Assembly: GCF_009914755.1 (NCBI RefSeq)
Contig: NC_060928.1
DNA: 64,000 nt
Strand: one strand, 5' to 3'
Source of the DNA: the human T2T-CHM13v2.0 reference genome, Homo sapiens
In this document: positions 13,618 to 28,693 of the stretch, one piece after another
Numbering within the stretch: the first letter of the stretch is position 1
Layout: each line of letters begins with the position of its first letter
Translations under genes and position numbers: made by a program
Notes under the pieces: model-generated
Databases searched by the model: none
What the model was told of the DNA's origin: nothing
What the model saw: the letters and a program-made list of their open reading frames with translations, nothing else

Positions 13618-13934
13618 TTTTTGTTTGTTTGTCTGTTTGTTTAGAGACAGGGTCTCACTCTGTTGCCTACCTAGGCTGCAGTGCAGCAGCACGATCACTG
13701 CTCACTGCAGCTTTGACACTGGGGGCTCAAGCTATCCTCCCAGCTAGTTTCTTTGTTGCTGAGACTACAGGGACTTTCACCGTGCCCGGCTAAATTTTTT
13801 ATTTTTGTTTTTTGTAGAGACAAGGGTCTTGCTCTCTTGCCTAGGCTGGTCTCAAACTCCTGGGCTCAAGTGATCCTTCCACTTCAGCCTTCCAAAGTGT
13901 TGGGGGTTACAGGCATGAGCTACCACATCTGGTC
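13618..13934 (-). mobile_element. Alu (AluJ-like)
   Basis: Diverged dimeric Alu (AGACAGGGTCTCACTCTG, CTCAAACTCCTGGGCTCAAGTGATCC) with a (TTTG)n tail. Confidence 0.9.
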
Positions 13935-14540
13935 TTGATCTTTACTTGTTAATTATTTGCTGCTTAAGAGAGAATCACTTTTACTTATTCAAGTGATTTC
14001 AATGTATTTCTTCAGATATTTTATATAACCATTATTAATGAGGTTTTAATTATTGCACTTGTTAATAATATGCAGAAAATAAGAGAAGGAATTAGAGCTA
14101 TTATTCCCATAAATGGAGTGAATAAGAAAAATAATTTTAGAAAAACTTGATCAATTGTAAAATGAAATTCACATCCATGCTCTCTGAATATATGTTAAAA
14201 TAAACCAATTAGTATTTGTGGAGGAACATGAATCTGATAAAAATTTCCATGCCAAATGAATATTTCTCATTATATCAAAGTATAAATCTTCAGTCTTAGA
14301 ACTGAAAGACTTTATTTATTATCTAGCTATGAATATATCTTCATTTTGAAACATCTACAACAAAAACAAGAAAGAAGAGTACTCAATGTTATCAGTTTGG
14401 TAGAACTGAATTAAGGCAGACCTTTTGATATCAGGTTGACTCTTTCATATTTGTTACTGTATTATCCACATAAGGTCTTACTAGGAGACAAAGTTACTCT
14501 GCCATAATGCCAACTTGTAAATATTTGACATTGAGTCTCA

Positions 14541-14828
<288 letters not shown>

Positions 14829-16429
14829 TCACTGACTGGATGAGAGGCCAGTGGCATGATCATTAGCATTTTAAATGGTGGAAAGGGGAGAACATAGGCT
14901 CTCAAGGCCCTTTTCTGTCATATAACAGAAATAACAACACTACCCAATGCTACCTAATGTAGAATAATATTACTTTGCAATTATAACTCAATGATTAATT
15001 TAGGTTTTGATTTAAAAGGTCTAATTTGCATTCATTTACTAGAATCCTACTGATTTTTATCATAAATTATTCTAGATAGTGTTAATATGCAAATCAGTTT
15101 CTTTTTTACTCTTGTATACGTATTTGAAAAAAGAAAAAAGAAAAGCTGAGCTGCCAGCAACCTCAAAAGAGTTTCTTTTATAAAACACATTTACCCTTAT
15201 TTATAAATATAAATACAGTTCCAGAAGTGAAAAGCCAGTTCAAGAATGAATGTTTCAGAATATGTTGTCTTAGTGTCATTGACTCTCATCAAAGGAGCAT
15301 GTTTCTCAGCAGGAAGCCTTGTCTTATTCTTATAAACACAGTTGCCTTATAATGATAAGAAAAGCTGGCTTTCAAAATGGGATCGCTCAATGTGAAATAA
15401 ACAACATGACTAAAGAGCTGATACTTCTTCTGAAACTGTGAATCAAAAGAAACCTGGAATTCAAGGTGGAATTATAATGGTCTCTCTGTTATTGCCAAGT
15501 ATCATCCAGAACTTAAAACCAGGAAGCCAGGGCAGAGCGCACAGAGGGAGGGGCAAAATGGGGAAGGGTGAAGCAAGAAAGTGAAATCTCTCTCTTGAGC
15601 TACACTTGGTTACTCACTTGTTGTACTTAAAAATCAGAAAGAGAGGGCATTCTTGTGGGGGGAAAAATAAACAGAAGAATTAGGGATGCTGGGGGGGAGC
15701 AAATAGGGAAAGGCATTAAGATAGCAGCACAATATAATTTTGCTCCACTTACTTTTCAAATTACATCTTGTAATTTGGCAGTGACCTTAAAGAGATCCTC
15801 ATGAGATTCATTCCAATGTGAAAATCTCACTCGGGTTAAACTCAAAGTTTCCATTGTTTGATTTAACACCTAAACAAAGTGATCACTGCAAAGAAACGGT
15901 TACGGCTTTGAAGGTGATAAGCATACCCAAAGAAGCAAATTTGTTTTGCTTCCAGTTTAGGAAAGCAACTGACATGCAGAAATATCAGGGAAAGATAGAG
16001 CAAACAGTTGTGCATCCCTTTATTATTAACGTGTTTGTAATTTCAAGTAATATCTGTCTCACAACAGGATGGTATTGAGAAATCTTTGATTAAAGAAAAA
16101 AACGGAAAACATATTTATTTTTAAATTCCAAGTATTCCTATCATACTGTCCAAAGAGACCAGTTTGACTAAATTGCTATTTATGGATTATCTATATTTTA
16201 TAGATATTGTGGAAGAGATATACAAAAAACATTGAGACCAAAAATCTCAATATGCAGTGTTTTCTCTTGCCTGTCTCCATTCAAATGTTTAGAAAAAAAA
16301 TGGTTTCTGCCATTAACCTGTCTGGGACTTAGGAAACATCTATTTCTATTTCTCATTTAGTATAAAATTGTTTTTTACAATATCTCTGGCAATATATTCA
16401 TCTTTTTCTGCTAGAGAACCAATTCTATT

Positions 16430-16612
16430 ACTTTCCAACTATGTGACCTTGGCCAGGTTACTTCTCTCTAAACCTCAATTTTATCCCCTAAAATATTGAT
16501 GATAAGCTGTATTTATTATGTAGAGTTTTATAAAAGACTTGAAAAAGTTATGTCTGATAAAGATCCTTGCACAACTGCCTGGTACATAGCAAGTCCCCAA
16601 TAAATATTATTT
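16430..16612 (+). mobile_element. MIR SINE
   Basis: MIR core ATGTGACCTTGGCCAGGTTACTT...CCTCAATTTT and 3' GCCTGGTACATAGCAAG...AATAAAT. Confidence 0.75.
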
Positions 16613-16981
16613 ACATATCAAATCATCATGTATTAAATAATATATTAAAATTATATTTGGGAATTAAATATCTTTGGAAAAGGTTTATTTATTTTAAATT
16701 TACATAATTATATTATATATTTACATCTATAATAAAGAAATCTTTCCAGTGGAGGAATCTCACCACTCACTAGGCAATCTATTTTATTGTTGAAACCACT
16801 TAGAAAGGCATCCTACATATTGACTCACATTGACTCTATGGAACTTCTCTTCACTATGTAAACAGGAACTACTGTGTTTCCTCATCCAAATAAGAACCTT
16901 AAAGTATGTAACTATAACCTGTAATCCCTAACCATTCCTCTCCTAAAACTGGCCAATTTTATCTTTCAGGCTAAAATCCCT

Positions 16982-16984
<3 letters not shown>

Positions 16985-17012
<28 letters not shown>
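16985..17012. repeat. Poly-T run (~28 nt)
   Basis: Directly visible. Confidence 0.95.
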
Positions 17013-17018
<6 letters not shown>

Positions 17019-17127
17019 CTTCACATGCCTTTAAACAACAGCAACAACAATAACAACAGATGGCCTAAATTAAATTCTGGTCTCTATGTTGCTTTAGCAC
17101 CAGTTGGTTCTATACAGTTGTTAATTT

Positions 17128-17418
17128 TTTTTTTTCTTTGAGCCAGTGTCTAGCTCTGTCACTAGACTGGATTGCAGTGGCACGATCTTGGCTCACTGCA
17201 ACCTCTGCCCCCTGGGTTCAAGTGATTCTCTTGCATCAGCCTCCCTAGTAGCTGAGATTACAGGCACACGCCACCACGCCCAGCTAATTTTTGTATTTTT
17301 AGTAGAGGTGGGGTTTCACCATGTTGGCCAGGATGGTCTTGATCTCCTGACCTTGTGATCTGCCCACCTCGGCCTCCCAAAGTGCTGGGATTACAGGCAT
17401 GAGACACCATGCCTGGCC
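17128..17418 (-). mobile_element. Alu (AluSc-like)
   Basis: Dimeric Alu; TSD CAGTTGTTAATTT / CAGTTGTTGATTT (17115-17127, 17419-17431). Confidence 0.95.
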
Positions 17419-20400
17419 CAGTTGTTGATTTAATAACTGGTATTAATAACTGGTATATCTCACAGTTCTCTTTTTGGTGTGGGGGATCTGGGAGATACTC
17501 CAATGTAAAAGAAGAATATTTATTTAAAATATATATCTTCATGGGCAGAACTCAAAATAGATTTAATAGATCACAAATCTTTTGCATAAAAATAATGCAG
17601 AGATGTAGGCTCTAGATCTGAAATTCTGATGTACATATTGAATTTCATTTTCTTTATTTTAATATATCTTTATGGGTGATAATATCCTGGAAATCTTTCT
17701 AATTCCCATTTTAACTTTACTCACCATTCACTATTCCTAGAGAATATTTATATCTATGCTACCAAAATGCTAAGCCTTGTGCCTAGAAATGATAAGCTCT
17801 GTTATCTTGAATTACAAAAATTGAATATATGCACATAAATTTATATAGATTTTTATGTATTCAAGACAGGATTATGGCTCAAGATAAACTCATTGTACCA
17901 AACTTCATGAATTTGCCATCTCCACTAACAGAAAATGTATAATAAAAGAATTTGATACCAACTCTTATTGAACAGGAAGGTAGTAGTAGTAAGCCTTCCC
18001 TCTACTAATATCTCTATATTAGGATACATAAACATACTAATACAATATGTATCTGAATATATTAGTGATATATATATATATATATTGCTAATGAAGTTAA
18101 GAATAGATTATTTTATGAAATTGTCAGGTATTACAATGAATAGGGACTGTGCATAGACCTTAGAAGTAATTAGCAAATTCAATCACTGTTGGAAACTGCA
18201 TTTTATGCTTTCTGAAACAATCTGATACAGCATCTGGGTCTCTGTAAGAGTTCTGTACACTAATGCTGCCAAGGTAGAATTCTGTTGGCTTTTAAAATTC
18301 TGATTCATCACATTCTTTCATCATCATTCTATCATTCCCATAGGCAGAAGGCAGATTCACTTGCAACTGTAACAATCAGATGCTGAGTCACTTTCCTTAG
18401 AAGAAATGTTGAGTAAATTTTGGTGTTACCAAAATATGATTAATTTTCAGAGTGAGAACCTCTGAAAATCTCATGTCACATTATTTGTCAGAAATTAGCT
18501 TATAATAAATTATCTTTCTTCTACTTCTAACCAAGAGATAGAAATTATACAATGTAAGCCCTGGAAGTTAAATCTAAATAAATAAAGAACTATATTGCTA
18601 CTTCCACACTCCATCTAATAGCTTAAATTATGATCCACAATTAAATAATTTTGAGACTATGTGAGCTTCTATCCTGGAAAATGTTTCCTCTCTGGGGGAT
18701 TACGTAACTCTTTTATCACAATTTCTGAGACTTCTCCTTAACACACCTAAGTATATTTTCATTTAGTGTAGAATTTAGACAAATTTTCTCTCAATGAATG
18801 ACTCAACACACAATAGCAAGAAGATTTAATATAGTTTTCTAAAATCAGAACATTTCTTTGAAAATTATTTGTTATAATTTTTATAAAAATTATAAGTTAT
18901 AAAGTTAGCAGTTATAAAATTAGAACATTTCTTTTAAAATTAGTTAACTAAGTCATAAATTTAGTTGTTTAACAAAAGGACCTTGTACTAAACTTCAGTT
19001 CAAAGACAGAATTCTAAAAGACCACTGATATACATAAATAAACTAAGAATGTACATATTTTGCACATGTGAATCTAAGTAAGAAAAATAAGCAACAATTC
19101 GCAGAACTTAATGCTAAATATTGTAATGCCAGGAAATCAGAAAAAGACTTTCTCCTTGAATCTACCTATTAAACTTGCTTTTATTTCTTTACAACCTCAG
19201 AATCTCCAGCTCCCATTCTGGTGAACCCTGCCTCACATTTTCATAAAATAATAACAAAAGAGAAGAGTTAGCAGGCACACTAGTGGTAAAAATGTATTCT
19301 TTTAAACAAATTCAAATAATAATTTTATTTTTAAATATTTATTTATAATTACATGCAATTTGCTTATAGATTTGAAAGAATGCCTACTAAATTGTTTCAT
19401 CCTAACTTTATTTAAAACCATAAATTTTATATTGTTTGAAATAACTCTGTATTGTCTTAATTCTAAGAAAAAGAGTTAGACTATATAGTAAGTTGTTAGT
19501 TGCAAAAGTTTATTAGGAATTAAGCACTATTATTTCAAAGAGGTAAGAAGAATTTTAAAATATCTCTGTGCTAGATTGATATAACAATCTGTAACCACAA
19601 ATTTTTGTTCATTTTACTTTGATCCTTCCTAATGTTCATATTCAAACTTTAAAAAGATACAGCATTCAGTTAATTTGAGGGTGTTTTTCTTATTTCTTCA
19701 AATATACTTTTGGAAAACCATTTACCTATTCCTTAATAACTTGGCTCCTTGGCAAGGTTATATGTATATCTCTTTCATTCTAACTGCAATTTCCTGTTCT
19801 TCAGAGGGAAAGGCAAGAGGAGCTATTTTAGCAGTCCAGCTGTTAGCTTTGGATATAATATACTTGAGGTCCAGAATTTTCAAATGCATGCAGTATGCCT
19901 GTCTTTAACTTTATATCCAGAGAATATTGGCCAAGAACTTAGATAAAGGGACATCACAGGGTTTGCTCAAAGAAGGTGCTATCATTTGAAGTAGAATGGA
20001 AAAAATAAGGTTGAAGAATGTATCTAAAAGAAGCAGGTTTGAGGAAAGGACTCATGAAAATTATACTGGGACTATAGGAGTCTTTGATAATCAACAAGAT
20101 GGCATGTCCTGGTTGGGGTTTGGGGTGGTGGAGGCAGTGAATGACTGGATAGTTCTTAGAAAAAACTTCTAAGGAAGCATTGTAAAGCTGCTTTCCTGTA
20201 AATTTTATTGAAAGGAACAAAATCTGAGTGAAGCTAAAGTCACTGATTTCTTTTATCTGTTCTTTGGACTACATAAAAAAAAATAATGGACTTGGCCTAT
20301 TTACTACTCTCTAACTTGAAAGTCAGCATGCGTTTAAGAATGTTTAAAGAATGTTTAGTAACATATTTAAATATGAATGTGCATTATAATGTTCAAATAA

Positions 20401-22409
20401 ACTACATTATGTAAAAATATATGCTATGAAATGTTTTAATCATAAAACTATAGTGAAAATTAAGTGTATGATAGTGTATGCATAATTAAGAAACACTTTA
20501 CACAAGAAAAATAAGTATTAAGAAGTGATCCTCTGGATATTAAAGTAATTAGCAAATTAATAAGTGGAAAAGCAAATATGTATTGTTTATTTTGTTCAAT
20601 TTTATTTTGCCAACATTCTAATTCAGTAACCAAGACAATTCCCTGTGATATCATCTAGATCATATCAACCACCAAGAAACCCCCACGATGTTTCTCAAAA
20701 TGCAAAGATAGTTTGAATGTGGGAAAGTAGTTAAACTTCAGTCATCAATGACAATTTCATAAGATTCTCTGATTTGTCAAGACATTTTACTATTTTTGCT
20801 TAGGGTTCAAGTTTAAAAGTTCTGTGAAGAGAGAAGAAAAATGTTGATTATTATGATAGTATTATCACATCATTTTTCAGCCTCAAAGTAATTTAATATA
20901 AATTACTCTGAATAATTCTAGGTGAAAGACATGAGAACCTCTGATTGTTTTTTGAAATTTCTGCAGAGTCCTGGAAGTAGTCAAGGTATCAATTAGCATA
21001 TACTTAGCTTTGATATTTCTTCCAATAAATGTTAGACTAATTTCAATATGCTTAAAATTGTGTAATTCTTCTGCCGATAAATAACTTGAATCAGCCCTCA
21101 GCCTTGTGTCTGATAGTCATAGTTTGAGAGGTTATCTGACTGCTCAGTTGTTGGTAGGAAGTCCTGTGCATAAAATGATAATAATTTCATTTAAAGATTA
21201 ATAAAACAATTCTACTCAAAATTAACAAAGCACATTGTTTAACTGAGATTTCTATAGGTTTATTTTTTAAATGTAACTATAACTTTAAACATTAAGTTAT
21301 AATTTTAATTATAGGTAAAAGGGGCTAAGAAATCCAAATGGAAACATTTTCAAAAAGGAAACATTTTTTCTAACCTATTTCATTGGAAAATATCTACTCA
21401 TTTTTTGGTAAAATTTAACTTAAGTAAAAGGCTTTCCATTGTAGGTGTCTTTATGCAATTTTTTTTAACTTTTAGGTCCACATGCAGGGTCATTATCACA
21501 TATGGCACTAGGCTATCAAAGACTGCTGTACTATGTAATCATCACTTGAGATAAAGAAATATATATATTTATATAATAAATGCAAACCTTTATTATAATC
21601 TACATTATCTGTATTAGAGATTATTTAAATGTCTAGGTTCATACATATCAAGGATATAAATGTTATGTATTAATTTTCACACAATTTAATTTCAGCTCCA
21701 AAAATTTTTCTAAAACAAACTAGGATTAAAAAAGGTGGGAGGGGCACCTCCAAGAGAAAAATTTTTAAAAGAAAATAAAATTATCAATATGGTGCTTTGT
21801 TTTTTTGTTTGTTTTTCTGAAGGGTTAGATTGAGTTTAAAACTTTTTGCTTTTTTTCTCTTTTATTGGCTTTTAAATTTAATATTGTCAAAATAGAAGAA
21901 AAGCAATCCGCATAAATGCCTGAAGAGCTAAATAAGATCTCAGAGAACAACCTCGCTACATGAAATCAAGTGACATGTAACAAAATGTCACATGGAAATG
22001 AGAAATCCTGTGGCTTTTTGCTTTCCACTGACAAGTGCATGAGAGAGATGTGGCTGTGCAACTTCACTCTGAGTATTGATTGAGAGGTTCCTTTTTTGTC
22101 TAAAATGTGTTATATACCAAAGGCAAAAGCATAAAGAAAATAATTCCTACTTTTGAATAAAGTCAGCACATTTAAATATGAATGTGCACTATAATATTGT
22201 TCAAATAAACTATATTAGGTATATAATTAATCCCCAAACTATAGATAAGTAAAGTGAAATAAATTTTCCTAAGTAGCCATATGAAATCTAATGGTGAAAA
22301 TGATACTTCACACTATAGATAGGAAAGGAACATGGAGCAAACAGAGATTCAAGACCTTAAGATTGGTTATAAATAAATGGTTGCCATGTGGTTTTCTTAT
22401 CTTCTAGAC

Positions 22410-22705
22410 CAGCACTGTCCAATAGAAAAATGACAGTCACAAATGCCAATCATATACGTAGTTTTAAGTTTAATGTCCACATTCAAAAGAATAAAAAAAG
22501 ATATATATATTTAACCCAATATATTCATAATGCTATCACCTTAACACAAGCTATATAAGATTATTAGTAATATATTTTACATGCTTTTAAAAATATCTTC
22601 AAAATCTGGTATGCATTTTACACATAAAACACATTTCAATTTAGACTATAATTTCAAGTGCTGAATAACCACATGTGGCTAGTGGCTACCTACTAGACAG
22701 TGCAG
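22410..22705 (+). mobile_element. MER33-like hAT-Charlie MITE
   Basis: TIRs CAGCACTGTCCAATAG...CTACTAGACAGTGCAG; 8-bp TSD TTCTAGAC/TTCTAGAA. Confidence 0.8.
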
Positions 22706-23890
22706 TTCTAGAATATGTCATCACTCTTACATTACTAGTGGATTTTAGAGACTATCTCATTAATATCCAGCAGAATGAATACATACCTACCTAAATACAA
22801 GCTTATTATGGTACCCACTTCTTGTTGAGTCAGGTTTTTTTGTTTTTGTTTTTTACTATTGGACTTTTTAAACACCTCAATAAAAATCATAACCTTTCTT
22901 ACATAATAGAAGGATTCCTTAATAAAACTTTCTTATCAATCAAATAGAATGGTTAATAGAGTTATGGGTCACATGGTTATTGCCAATTTCCAAAACATCC
23001 ATATGTAATAAATATACTAAATTCAATCCTGTATTATAATTGTTAAAGTTGTCAATGGTGATTGTACTTAGATTTGCACTAGTATTTGTAGTAAGGTATT
23101 TTTGTATTTTTAAAAGTATATTATACTATTATATGTAAACTTTATTGTCTATATATTACAAACACAAATCTGTACCTTTACTAGAGAGTGAATTTTTGGC
23201 CATTTAAGAAATGTATCAGTTCATTTGATAATTCCAAATCATAGATAGCTCTACAAGAAATTTCTGATGGACTCTATTGCAGGACTCAGTAGTAGAACTT
23301 AAATCCAAATTGCTTTATGAAATTATAAATTTAGTTGGGAAAACAAGCATGTATGTCTATGTCACATCTCCAAGTCAGGTGAGAGAAGTCTACATTAAAC
23401 TCACCTGACCACTAGCAACTTGAACAATAATTACAATTTTTAAATGCAGAAGTTCATGTTTTGAGGAAGATATGCTATATTGACCTGTTAAAGACTTGAT
23501 TTAGTGTCGAGTAATTTAAATCAACAAAGCCATAGACAGAAGCTTAGAATGTCAGCAAGGAGAGCAATTATTATGCCTAAATATTGTAGAAGCACAAAAT
23601 AGTTTTAGAAAGGAGATGGAAAATGACTTGCAAATAGTGACTTATTTTGCTAGTTATAAAGGTAAATATATTTTAATCATTTGGGATCTGGTAGCCTTTG
23701 TTATTAAAGAAAAATAGCATTTCTATTTTTAGTTGCAGGCAAGAAAGTAATTTTAGAAGAAAAAAGCCCATTGAAATTTAATTAAAAGAAATCATTGTGG
23801 TAGGCAGTCTTCAGTACTGGTCAGATTATAGAAATTATCACTTTTTTATTACAATAACACCACTTACCCAACTTTTTGCTTCTATCTTTA

Positions 23891-24187
<297 letters not shown>

Positions 24188-26460
24188 TCAAACCAGCGCT
24201 ATGCTATTACATAAACAGTGTTTAGTATGAGAACTCAAATTAATGTTTAAAAACCCATTACTTTGTGGGTGCCTTACATTGCCTCTCAGCAGTGCCACAA
24301 AGTGGTGACATTGGTGACTGAGAAAAGCAATAGCTAAACCAAAAGTATCTCCATGGCAGGTGACAGCTAAAAGCCACCAAAGGGTTTTCTGTGTCATTTT
24401 CCGGATGCATAGAAAACAATATTAACTTGTAGAGTTGGCTATTTTCATTTTCTATTCTATTCAGTTACAGAGAATAGGGCAACAAGAGACCACCTTTTTT
24501 TTCAGGGGGCCAGGGGGCCGGGGCAAAACAAGATAAATTCAACCAAATCCAATAAACCAGGAAATGACTGGAACCATGGTTTAGAGGCAAAAGAATTGGA
24601 ATTCCTGGTATTTGGGACTTAGCTTTTCCTTCAGAAGTTTATTCTTGTAAATAAACATCAGTTTTAGTTTCCATTTGAAATATTTCAAGAAAAAAGACAT
24701 ATGATGAATTAGCACATGTATAAAGGAGTCATCTGGAAGGAAAGTGAAAAAAGTATTAAAGGTGTTAAAAATTGTTATGTACATATATTTATTTCCAAAT
24801 TGTCAAACTTGTTAGGAAAACATGCTTTGCCTTCTCTTACCAATCTTTACCCCTTTCCAACTTGCTTTTCATTATGGACAAAGGGAACTTTTGGGCAGAA
24901 TCATTTGGCCGAATTGTTCCATGGGGAAGGAAGGCGGGGCTAGGTGCAGGGGACAGCAGGGCATGCCTGATGTGGGAGCAAGCAGGTTTTTCTGCATGAT
25001 AACCTTCCTCCCATTGGTGGGAGGGCAGCACCAGGGTGCTAGGCAGGCCTCCTCCATGGACTTAGAGAAGTCAAAAACCTAAGGCAGCAACTTGCAATTC
25101 CTTCTAGTGAGGGAAGGGAAAGGGATTTTAATACCAGCTATTGGTAGTGCCAAGATCTGAAAGCCCAAATAGGCAAATTCAGACCGCCCCACCCCCCAGT
25201 CTCCTGTACATTCTTGATTCTTGACTTTGTTTCTCCTTTGACTTTTTAAAAATAACTCGTGAAGAAAGTATAAAAATGTCTTCTTTTCTGAATAAATTAG
25301 ATGTGGTATTGCCTAGCAAGGAGGGCTAGATTCATCTCTTCTGAGTCAAAAGGTACCAGAACTCCGATATTGCCCACCAGGGTGAACCTGACCTTTGTAA
25401 GAGGTGACTTTTTAACTTCCTCTGTATAAATGCATACATACATTATCTGTCTTCTAATCTAAGAGTATACAAAGAAGTTTCTGTAAACTTCAGTGGCCAG
25501 GGAATTTTCACAAAAGTACCCTGTAGCACCTGTACATAAAAATACACTGATTATTTTTATAAAACTTATTAATACAGACTGCTAAAAACTAAATAGAATA
25601 GAATATAAAAATAAATATTAAAGATACACTGAATACATATACAATCCTAATTTAAAACTATTTTAATTCCTAAGTATATTGAATATGTTTTCAATATGGT
25701 GCATTACTTGTAAGATATAGTCTCATCAAAATAATACATTGCAATGCTTTCTAACATATTTAATAAATCCTTAGTTTTAATCAACTACACTCAATTGTGA
25801 TACATTTTTAAGATTCCTTCCATAGCCTTCATTTTAAAGTGTTCATGAACATTAAGTTTTCTTTATGAAAGCAGTAGTGTCAAATTTGACATTTTCCTTT
25901 TTTACGATTTTTGGAATATATAAGGATTTATTAGGCAATTGCTACTCTAAATGTTTCTTACAGAGCAGCTTAAATTATTACAGAAATTCTTATTCAGTTT
26001 AAATAATTTGGATTATTTCAAAGTTGTCTATGAAGATTTTCACTCTAAGGATTTGTGTCACTTTTTTGCTTGTCTTTTTCTAGAACTACAGCCATCAGTC
26101 TGAGATACAACATAAAAGCCACATGGCTAACTGTGGTAGATTCCTTTCTGCTTTCACACTCATGCTCAGCTGAGCTGCAACCCAAATAGCAATTTTTCTC
26201 AATATCTAGGCACGTGTGCTAATCAGCATCCGCTTGACTGTTTAATCAGACTCCATTTACAATTCTTTTTCACTATTAACATTTAGTGCTCTTCTAGCAA
26301 AACTGACTTCTCAATAACATCCTTCACATTTTTAATGAGTGTTTCTTACCAGTAGTATTAAAAAAAACCCTGAATATGCTATCTGGCAGCCCTACTTTAT
26401 AAAAGCATGTACATAAAAGAGAACATTCCCCTTGGCTATCTACAACGTGCACCCGTTTCA

Positions 26461-26664
<204 letters not shown>

Positions 26665-27133
26665 CTAACAGTAAGGATAAGGGAAAAAATTAAAAGCCAG
26701 TATCAAGTGAAATGTTATTTCCATTGACTCAATCAACATAGCCATTTTGCAGTAGCACTGATGAGGTCCCCCTTGCCTACAGAGCTCTAAATAAGGCAAA
26801 TGATTACTGCTACAAATAAGTTAACTATTAGTTTTTGGAAAGTGTTTTAATCCCAGAAAAGAATTGTATTATCATTTTCACAATTTACACTAATCTTGGG
26901 AAGAGGTTTTAGAAAAAAAAATATTTATTGTCTTCTGTTAGGTTTCTCCTTAGGACAACATAAATCTTTCAACATATATATCATTTCTAGGCCTGACAGA
27001 AGAACAGATCAGGGAAGCTGTCTTTATGCTGCCAGAAACATCTATGGAAATGAATTTTCTTATTTCAGTTGCACATATGACTTCTGCCAATCAAGGAGCT
27101 GAAAGCATGAGGCTTCTAAGAAGCTGCATCTCA

Positions 27134-27538
<405 letters not shown>

Positions 27539-27911
27539 TTAGTCAGAATGCTCTCCTAACTCTGTAAGTCTTCTGAACTTCTTAGCTCTGCCTTTGACTT
27601 AATCAAGACTGAGCATTTCCAGGTATTGCATGTGTGTTAGCTATACGAACCCTACCAAAAGGTTGCTAGTAGAAAAAGCATTTATTAGTGTCTGGTTCAT
27701 GTCCACAGATTTGTTACCTTAATTTTGCTTTCACTTTCCCCTGTATTCCCTCAACTCTTTTGTGAATATTATAATTTCAAATAAGAAAAAAATTAAGGAC
27801 AGCTTCTTCCATTAAATTCAATGTATCTGTATTAAAGACAAGGTGCTAGGGAATCACTTCCTCTCCTCCATCTGTTGTCACTACTGGGTAGACTTTGCAC
27901 AAAATCAATGA

Positions 27912-28265
<354 letters not shown>

Positions 28266-28518
28266 TTATTACTATTTCTTCAGGTAAATTAACTCATTGT
28301 AGAAAGTTTGTGGAATCTATTAATAAATATAAATAAATAAGCCTTCCCTGAGTGACCAAGAGCATGGAACAACAAAGTATATAAAGCCACAAGGCCAAAA
28401 GGAGGCAGAATGTCTTTCCAGGAAGTAACCCCACAAACAGAATCTTCTTTACATATCACTGGACCCCTTTCATTTGACCCCACCTCTTACCTCTCTTTGA
28501 GCAGTATAAGGGATTTCA

Positions 28519-28522
<4 letters not shown>

Positions 28523-28566
<44 letters not shown>
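28523..28566. repeat. (TG)22 microsatellite, read as (CA)22 in the pre-mRNA
   Basis: Directly visible. Confidence 0.97.
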
Positions 28567-28573
<7 letters not shown>

Positions 28574-28634
28574 ATTTTCCCTTGGGCTATCTGAGTGCTG
28601 TGCTCTCCCTTCCTTCATGAGTTTTGTTACTTAC

Positions 28635-28693
28635 ACATCTTGGAACTCCTCCAGCGTTTTCTGGGGTGTGAAGACATTTAATAAACTAATAAT
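28635..28693 (-). CDS. MAPK10: MAPK10/JNK3 exon (59 nt): IISLLNVFTPQKTLEEFQDV
   Basis: ctttcag/ATT...GATGT/gtaagt; keeps frame between the 130-nt and 139-nt exons. Confidence 0.97.

Noticed and set aside
24505-24523. G-rich run as a G-quadruplex
   Set aside because: Only three G tracts; no canonical four-tract motif.
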